Sequence record: MT446416.1
Origin: Escherichia virus TH47
Length of the DNA: 64,000 bases
Direction: 5' to 3' (one strand)
Under the pieces are notes generated by a model, which did not search any database, had not been told where the DNA came from, and saw only the letters and a list, made by a program, of their open reading frames with translations. The translations under genes were made by a program, and so were the position numbers. Every line of letters begins with the position of its first letter. The first letter of the stretch is position 1. This document shows positions 58,094 through 64,000 of the stretch, one piece after another.

Positions 58094-58492
58094 TTACATG
58101 TATACCTTTTTCAAATCCTTGGAACAACGGTCAAAAATTGTTTTGATGAATTCGACATCCTCTTTGATATTGGAGTCTATAGCATCATTCTCGTTTCTTG
58201 TCGTGTTCCTGTATTTGTGTTCAGGGTGATTGTATACCACCTTGACTACATTATTTAGGTCTACAAAAAATGACGATTTTTGCGTATAGGAAGCCTGAAG
58301 CTTAATGAGTTTACCATCGTTTTGTAGATTAGTCTTGTGAATTAGTTCTTCAATACCATCTAAATGGCTATAGCTATCCTGTTCTTTGACGAATGTAACA
58401 GTTACCAGTACTGACTTCTCATCTCCAAAGTCAGAGATATTTTTAACAGCACTGATGATTTCTAAGTTTGAAAAATCTAATTCTTTTAGCAT
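58094..58492 (-). CDS. hypothetical protein
   Basis: start at ATG overlapping upstream stop (TAATG). Confidence 0.45.
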   Translation of the reverse strand: MLKELDFSNLEIISAVKNISDFGDEKSVLVTVTFVKEQDSYSHLDGIEELIHKTNLQNDGKLIKLQASYTQKSSFFVDLNNVVKVVYNHPEHKYRNTTRNENDAIDSNIKEDVEFIKTIFDRCSKDLKKVYM

Positions 58493-58848
58493 TACAAGTA
58501 TTTCCATAAAGTTCGATAAGTGATAATTTCTTCTCTGGTAACAGAAACTTCATAGCACTTAACACCATCAGTTTCATTTCTGAATGGTTCTGCTGGTCTA
58601 TCTTCTGTTAAACCTCGTTCATACGTACAATGATAATATTTGTTCGTGTTCATGTCAAGAAAAACTAGATCAAATTCTTCTGTCCATCGTCTATGCCCTT
58701 TACTTTCATTACTAATGATTTTGTACTTAACATCTGGATTGAATGATTCAGTACTGTCATCCCATGTACCATAGTCAGTATATTCATCATCTTCATCTAA
58801 CTCTGCCAGATGCCACATTAACTGCGGTAAAAAGATTTTAGATTTCAT
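58492..58848 (-). CDS. hypothetical protein
   Basis: 118-aa ORF with GGAGAAA RBS. Confidence 0.5.
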   Translation of the reverse strand: MKSKIFLPQLMWHLAELDEDDEYTDYGTWDDSTESFNPDVKYKIISNESKGHRRWTEEFDLVFLDMNTNKYYHCTYERGLTEDRPAEPFRNETDGVKCYEVSVTREEIITYRTLWKYL

Positions 58849-58902
58849 TTATTTTCTCCAAAAAAATAGGGACTCGATTTCTCAAGTCCCTATCATAACA
58901 CA

Positions 58903-59514
58903 TTAATTGTGATTATTCAATTTCTTTTGTTCTTTTTTTAGAGCTTTCATATGTCGTCCAAAATCACGGACATGCCATATATGGTCGGTTTCCCATAGTT
59001 CTGTACGTAAACGGCGTTCTTCCAATTCTTCTGGAGTAGGAATTTTAGATTTCTTCTTATCTTTATTGAAAAAATCATTCATATGTTCTTCCAGTAGATT
59101 TCTACCCTTAACTTTTTCCAGGAATTCATCTACTGATTCAGTTTTATTAGAACGAAGACTGTTACAACGTGAACACATTGTGTTGTAATTTGACTCTAAA
59201 TCAGGTCCACCCTTAGATGCTAGTTGGTTATTATCTACTGTCATCAGTACTTCATATAGACCACAAACTGCATAGACATTTAAGTGAGGTTTACCATATA
59301 CCGGATCTGTGCTATGTGAACGCTCAATGCGAACTTCAGTAGCTTCAATGCCACACGCAACGCATTTGCAATTCTTAACGAATGTCAGTACTTTTTGTGG
59401 GAAGTATCGGAAAGTAACACCGTTATATGTATAGCGTTTCATCTGTGTACTTCTTTGATTTAACTCATTAAGAAGTGATAGTTTGGCAACATAGTAGACC
59501 TGATATTTTGACAT
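58903..59514 (-). CDS. HNH-type endonuclease-like protein
   Basis: CxxC...H...N...CxxC arrangement (CVACG, HLNVY, NN, CSRCN); GAGGA RBS. Confidence 0.45.
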   Translation of the reverse strand: MSKYQVYYVAKLSLLNELNQRSTQMKRYTYNGVTFRYFPQKVLTFVKNCKCVACGIEATEVRIERSHSTDPVYGKPHLNVYAVCGLYEVLMTVDNNQLASKGGPDLESNYNTMCSRCNSLRSNKTESVDEFLEKVKGRNLLEEHMNDFFNKDKKKSKIPTPEELEERRLRTELWETDHIWHVRDFGRHMKALKKEQKKLNNHN

Positions 59515-59516
59515 TT

Positions 59517-59831
59517 TTAATCCTCGGATTTAATTTTAACCTTAACATCTTGATTTTGTAAATCACGAATAGTTTTAATTAATGCATCATGTTTTAGTGC
59601 ACAGTCATTGTACATTGCATCCCATTTTGCAAGTACTGCAAGAATTTCAGCACCATCATATCCTCTGAACCCGTTTTTATCGACCATGATCTTACTTGGT
59701 AGTGGTGTGTTTTCATCACAACGTTCAAGTAAGATTTCTTGTTCTACAATTGGCTTAGGTTGATACTTAATTTCTTCAGCACAACCACTAATTAATAGAA
59801 AAGAAATTGCAAATACTAAAGCGTATTTCAT
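59517..59831 (-). CDS. o-spanin (outer-membrane lipoprotein lysis component)
   Basis: signal peptide with lipobox LISGC, short mature protein; start overlaps i-spanin stop. Confidence 0.65.
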   Translation of the reverse strand: MKYALVFAISFLLISGCAEEIKYQPKPIVEQEILLERCDENTPLPSKIMVDKNGFRGYDGAEILAVLAKWDAMYNDCALKHDALIKTIRDLQNQDVKVKIKSED

Positions 59832-60202
59832 TTGAATTTATTCCTCGCTGCAAGGGAATTCTGTTTAAGTTCATTCAGAAGTTTAACGCCATCTTCATCT
59901 AGACATACGTTTTTGTAAACTTCTCTTTCTACTATAATAGGCACTTGTGTCTCGATAACTTTAGCATTATCTTGCATTATCTTTTTGGTTTCGATATAGT
60001 TTTTTGCATTTTCTTGCTGCATCTTAGCGAGTGCAGAATCAACTTTCTTTTCTATTTTTTGGTCAATACTTTCTTTATAACCAGTATAATAAGTATTTGC
60101 TGACCATCCACCATAAACACAACCTGCCATTACTCCTACTACCAAAATTGGTTTCCAATATGGTATTAAAACTTTTGAAACAATAATTTCTAGTACACTC
60201 AT
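59828..60202 (-). CDS. i-spanin (inner-membrane lysis component)
   Basis: N-terminal TM helix ILVVGVMAGCVYGGW followed by coiled-coil-like charged region; AGGAGA RBS. Confidence 0.65.
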   Translation of the reverse strand: MSVLEIIVSKVLIPYWKPILVVGVMAGCVYGGWSANTYYTGYKESIDQKIEKKVDSALAKMQQENAKNYIETKKIMQDNAKVIETQVPIIVEREVYKNVCLDEDGVKLLNELKQNSLAARNKFK

Positions 60203-60255
60203 AATAACATCTCCTATAGTTGGTAATATTATTTAGAGTGTACTATATTATATGT

Positions 60256-60672
60256 TTACAACATTTTTTGAATATGATCTACGAGTTTACATAGCATTGT
60301 ATCATTATCTTCGTACTTTTGATCAACTTCAACTTTGAATTCTTCTTCAAGTTCCATGATCATTTCAATCCAGTCAAGCCAATCGAATTTAAATTTATCT
60401 TCAATTTCCCATTTCTTAAGATGGAAGTTCATTGATACATCTTTCTCTGATGCATTTTTGTCGCGACTTGTAATGAATTTGACAATTGCTTTTTCAACGT
60501 CAGTTAGTTCACGTGTGCGATATTCTGGATCAAGATACCATTCGCCATTATTGATAGCTTCCAACGAAAGTCTAAGTTCATGCATTAGTTTATAACGATC
60601 AGTACTTTTCTGGATGCGGTTAACTTCGCGATTCAGTACACGTAGTGCGTCTTTGATTTGTTCGTTTAGCAT
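60256..60672 (-). CDS. acyl-carrier-protein-like domain protein lacking the carrier serine
   Basis: C-terminus FDWLDWIEMIMELEEEFKVEV...LVDHI aligns with ACP [20 protein letters not shown]...AIDYI but has W in place of S; start at ATG with GAGGA RBS. Confidence 0.4.
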   Translation of the reverse strand: MLNEQIKDALRVLNREVNRIQKSTDRYKLMHELRLSLEAINNGEWYLDPEYRTRELTDVEKAIVKFITSRDKNASEKDVSMNFHLKKWEIEDKFKFDWLDWIEMIMELEEEFKVEVDQKYEDNDTMLCKLVDHIQKML

Positions 60673-60682
60673 AACAATCCTC

Positions 60683-62959
60683 TTATTTTTTACTGTACCA
60701 TTGCATTTCACGGATATCTAATAGTACCTTCGTAGCCAACTTTATGTTTGGTCGCTTCGGTAGATGGGTTTTATGATACGCCACATTTCGGATGTAGTCA
60801 ACCTTTTCGTTGAAATAATCCATAACTTCTTGATACAACCACTTCCCGTTACGAATGTCCATCAACATAGCAGCATCTGGTCGGTGAACTTGGATGATGC
60901 CAGTTTCAAGTGCTTCCTCGGCTGTATTCAGCAGCCTGATTGTATGCATAGCATGTTTGCAATTTCCATGTAATGCGGTTTTTCCATTTCTACGAGTAAT
61001 GAGTGTTCCGTTGGGAACAGAAAAACACACAGTTCTGTAATTAGTAACTGGAATTTTTTCAAGATTTTGTTTCATGTTCATTTTTTCGGTTTTGGGTTTC
61101 ATATTGATATGAATTTGATATATATCAACACTACCAAAATTGGTTTCGTTTGTGTATGGTCCCCATTTTGATGTTTCATAACCACATAGCAATGCTAGTT
61201 TTTGAACATCATCAGCTAATAATGAATTGGTAGTATAATATACAAATGTATCATTGTCATTAACTAAATTTCGTTTTGTTCCATCACCTTGTAACAAACC
61301 TTTCAGAAGGAAATCCATTTTACGTTTTGTTAAATCAAATACCCAATTTGGAATTCGTTTATTATATGAACCATGTCCACAATCATTATATAATGCTTCA
61401 GCTACTTCACTTGGGAATGTATATCTTGATTCGTCATTAGCTTGATAATCTTTCTTTTCTATAATGTATTCATTAAACATTAATTGACCAGATTTTTTGT
61501 ATTTTGATAAAGCACAACGCATACCTTGACTAGTTTTTGACTGGGAAATATATAAAGATTTTACTTTACCATCCCTGAAATTTATGCACCCATCTGAAAT
61601 AAACCATCCCATGAGTTGAAGATAAACTTTGATATCCATGTAGTCAATTGGACTTTTTTTATCTTTGTGTTCTTTAGTTATTGGGGATATTGTATTCAAA
61701 ATTTTATATGTTTCTTTTAATTGTGCTGCTTCTACAAATTTCCAATCAGACATATCTTTTTGTTGATTTCGTGCATAATCCTTAACATACATTCGGTGGT
61801 TAGCAGTCACTAAAGTATCTTGGTGATGACCAGTGAAATGGTATAGATTGCCATTATATAAATTATCAAAACGTTCAGTGTATTTCTGATATTCAACTTT
61901 GTGATTTTTGTCAAAAGTAGCTAATAGATCGTTTTCAGTAATATCATCAAATAACTTCCAACCATCTTTAGTTAAGAATTCAGTATCAAAACTATAACAG
62001 TCATAACCGTGGTGTGATTCAAGAATAGCACGTTTGGCATTACGGTTCTGCTTCCATTTGTGATAACTCTTACGGTTCTCACTATTTTCTTTGTATTCCT
62101 TTTCATTGAATTTTACAATGAGTTCAGGACGAACTTTTAATTCTTCCGAAGTACGTTCTTTATTGAAGTAACGTAGTGAACCATCAGCATTCACTGTACT
62201 TTCATTCGGGTTGATAATTACCCCAAAGATGTTTTCACCGTAATGGATTAGTTCATATCCAGAATTGTAATTCAATAAATTGAAATCACGATCTAATACT
62301 TTGTCAGTACTATAATTATGTACTAAACGTACAAAATGATATTGTTTCAATGCTTGTGTTGAAACTAATTGTAATGAAGTATCACGCATGTATTTTTCGA
62401 AATCAATTTTTGTAGCATTGAATGGGTGAAGATTGGATTTATTCAAACGGTCAACCAAATACTGCGGGAATGTATCATACATCCATGAAAGTACTTCGTC
62501 AACTGGATGTTCTTCTAAAATTTCATTTAGTTTACGTTCAGCAATTCGTTCCTTATCGAGCCATCCGTGGTGATTCGACATACGCTTAACCTGATTGTAT
62601 GCATAACCACTGTATGAATGAGCAATCTTTGAACTCAATAATTGCTGATTGAATGAGCGTAGATAGTCATAGATTTCAGTACTTTCTACGATGTGTTCCG
62701 GTTTAACCCATAGTGATTCAAGAATGTTTGGGTTAGCTTCTGTATAAAGACTTAAGTACTGATTGACTTCATAAAATTTAGTATCTTCTTCAGAAGGATC
62801 TGAAACTTCCTTAACATTAAAAAAAGGAGTTAGGATAAATTCTTTGTTTGCAAGGAAGATACCACGATAATCGGTATCACTTTCTGGTGTGCTTGTGCCA
62901 TACGCCTGTGAACCCGCTAAGTGTTTAACAATTGTTTGTTCTAGAAAATTGTTTTTCAT
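60683..62959 (-). CDS. Pol-beta-superfamily nucleotidyltransferase-fold protein interrupted by a probable intein
   Basis: N-terminal HLAGSQAYGTSTPESDTDYRGIF (GS...DxD NTase motif); in-frame 346-aa insert with Hint and LAGLIDADG blocks. Confidence 0.55.
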   Translation of the reverse strand: MKNNFLEQTIVKHLAGSQAYGTSTPESDTDYRGIFLANKEFILTPFFNVKEVSDPSEEDTKFYEVNQYLSLYTEANPNILESLWVKPEHIVESTEIYDYLRSFNQQLLSSKIAHSYSGYAYNQVKRMSNHHGWLDKERIAERKLNEILEEHPVDEVLSWMYDTFPQYLVDRLNKSNLHPFNATKIDFEKYMRDTSLQLVSTQALKQYHFVRLVHNYSTDKVLDRDFNLLNYNSGYELIHYGENIFGVIINPNESTVNADGSLRYFNKERTSEELKVRPELIVKFNEKEYKENSENRKSYHKWKQNRNAKRAILESHHGYDCYSFDTEFLTKDGWKLFDDITENDLLATFDKNHKVEYQKYTERFDNLYNGNLYHFTGHHQDTLVTANHRMYVKDYARNQQKDMSDWKFVEAAQLKETYKILNTISPITKEHKDKKSPIDYMDIKVYLQLMGWFISDGCINFRDGKVKSLYISQSKTSQGMRCALSKYKKSGQLMFNEYIIEKKDYQANDESRYTFPSEVAEALYNDCGHGSYNKRIPNWVFDLTKRKMDFLLKGLLQGDGTKRNLVNDNDTFVYYTTNSLLADDVQKLALLCGYETSKWGPYTNETNFGSVDIYQIHINMKPKTEKMNMKQNLEKIPVTNYRTVCFSVPNGTLITRRNGKTALHGNCKHAMHTIRLLNTAEEALETGIIQVHRPDAAMLMDIRNGKWLYQEVMDYFNEKVDYIRNVAYHKTHLPKRPNIKLATKVLLDIREMQWYSKK
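60962..61999 (-). mobile_element. probable intein with LAGLIDADG homing-endonuclease domain
   Basis: block A CYSFDTEFLTKDGWKLFDDI, block B LVTANHRMYV, two LAGLIDADG-like motifs LMGWFISDG and LLKGLLQGDG, C-terminal NGKTALHGN followed by Cys. Confidence 0.5.
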
Positions 62960-63357
62960 AAGTAAATCGTTAACTCCTTTAGAAAACCATTATAGTATCG
63001 TTTAAAATCATGATCCAGTACTTGGTAGTCATTGTAACTAAAACCTAGATTTATAATAGTATCTTCTTGGAAGAATTTCTCTTCATTCATTACTTCGATA
63101 GGTTCATATACTTTTCCACCTTTATATACTTTAGTAAAGAACATACCATCATTGTTAATTTCAACGTACATGAAATTATTTTCTGGATCTCGTGGACACA
63201 CAATGTTTAATGAACTGGTTCCGTTGTTATTATATTCGTATGAGATAATATCAAAAGAATCGATACCATAACACTTGGACTTTTCTTTGTCACCAAAGAC
63301 TTTTCTATCTGTACTCATATTGCGTATAGTACTATAGATATCATCAACTGTAGTCAT
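62956..63357 (-). CDS. hypothetical protein
   Basis: 133-aa ORF coupled to downstream gene. Confidence 0.5.
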   Translation of the reverse strand: MTTVDDIYSTIRNMSTDRKVFGDKEKSKCYGIDSFDIISYEYNNNGTSSLNIVCPRDPENNFMYVEINNDGMFFTKVYKGGKVYEPIEVMNEEKFFQEDTIINLGFSYNDYQVLDHDFKRYYNGFLKELTIYL

Positions 63358-63359
63358 AA

Positions 63360-63869
63360 TTAACCACCGTACTTTGACTTGTATGTTTCTAATGATAAAG
63401 AAATACGATTTTGCTTTTTAATTCTTTCATCAATATCCTTTGAATTCTTCACACTTCTGTATACATCAGCTAATAAATTATAATCTTCTTTATTTGAACT
63501 ATGCGGTGACCAACCTATATCTGTTTTGATTCGAACATATGCTTTATTTGATGTGAAATAAAAACTGAATCCGTTGGACCCATCAAAAATATCATAAGTA
63601 TCTACCCAATCGCCATAAGGGAAACTCATTGGTACTGACTCGTGATCAATAGTGATATCCGATAAATTTTTAGAACAGTACTTTGCAAAGTGATATACAA
63701 TCGGATCGCATTTTGATAATTCATATTTGTATTCAATGATAGATTTTCTATTAGTATCATTGATGGCATATTCTTTCATCAAAGGACTTTTTTTGATGAT
63801 AAGAGTCCACAGAAACGATTCTAATCCAGTTTCATCAACTTTTTCTTTCTTTTTGAAAAATGAAATCAT
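63360..63869 (-). CDS. hypothetical protein
   Basis: 169-aa ORF; start overlaps stop of an upstream partial gene. Confidence 0.5.
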   Translation of the reverse strand: MISFFKKKEKVDETGLESFLWTLIIKKSPLMKEYAINDTNRKSIIEYKYELSKCDPIVYHFAKYCSKNLSDITIDHESVPMSFPYGDWVDTYDIFDGSNGFSFYFTSNKAYVRIKTDIGWSPHSSNKEDYNLLADVYRSVKNSKDIDERIKKQNRISLSLETYKSKYGG

Positions 63870-64000
63870 TTATATAAACCCTTAATTTTCTGTCTATTAT
63901 GTATATCATTTTGCTGAATTTTCAAATTAGTAAGATTGTGTCTTACACCTTCAACACCACGCATTATTTGTAACATAATTAGTGATTCATCATAGGTTAG
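63866..64000 (-). CDS. partial CDS (3' end only), truncated by window edge
   Basis: open minus-strand frame from window end to TGA overlapping the next start (ATGA). Confidence 0.35.
   Translation of the reverse strand, partial: LTYDESLIMLQIMRGVEGVRHNLTNLKIQQNDIHNRQKIKGLYK

Overview
AT-rich window that reads as part of a large tailed dsDNA phage genome (contractile-tail, T4-related or jumbo-like), probably infecting a Gram-negative host; this is supported by an i-/o-spanin pair and E. coli-type sigma70 promoters. Positions 1-21800 are mostly a + strand virion module: structural proteins, a Nudix hydrolase, and five consecutive tail-fibre/spike genes, including a 1652-aa fibre, a collagen-like fibre and a pectate-lyase-like spike. 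The one large minus-strand gene at the left end is a ClpA-like AAA+ unfoldase. From 21800 to the end almost everything is on the minus strand. That part holds nucleotide metabolism (thymidylate synthase, thymidine kinase, dNMP kinase, glutaredoxin, a second Nudix), a CobS/CobT-like AAA5 ATPase plus vWA/HExxH protein operon under tandem consensus promoters, tail sheath and two tube-like paralogues, lysis functions (LysM-lysozyme, spanins), and a dense accessory region. The accessory region contains the most interesting candidates: a TARG1/OARD1-like macrodomain, an Acb1-like 2H phosphoesterase, an HPF/RaiA ribosome hibernation factor, a Dps-like ferritin, an ACP-like protein lacking the carrier serine, and a CCA-adding enzyme. 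Selfish elements are also present: a probable LAGLIDADG intein inside a nucleotidyltransferase-fold gene, two Vsr/DUF559-like endonuclease genes, an HNH and an AP2-like gene. No rRNA, tRNA or CRISPR array could be supported. All protein calls are motif recognition by eye, not database searches. Gene starts were re-examined by eye because the ORF track often begins at upstream TTG/GTG codons.
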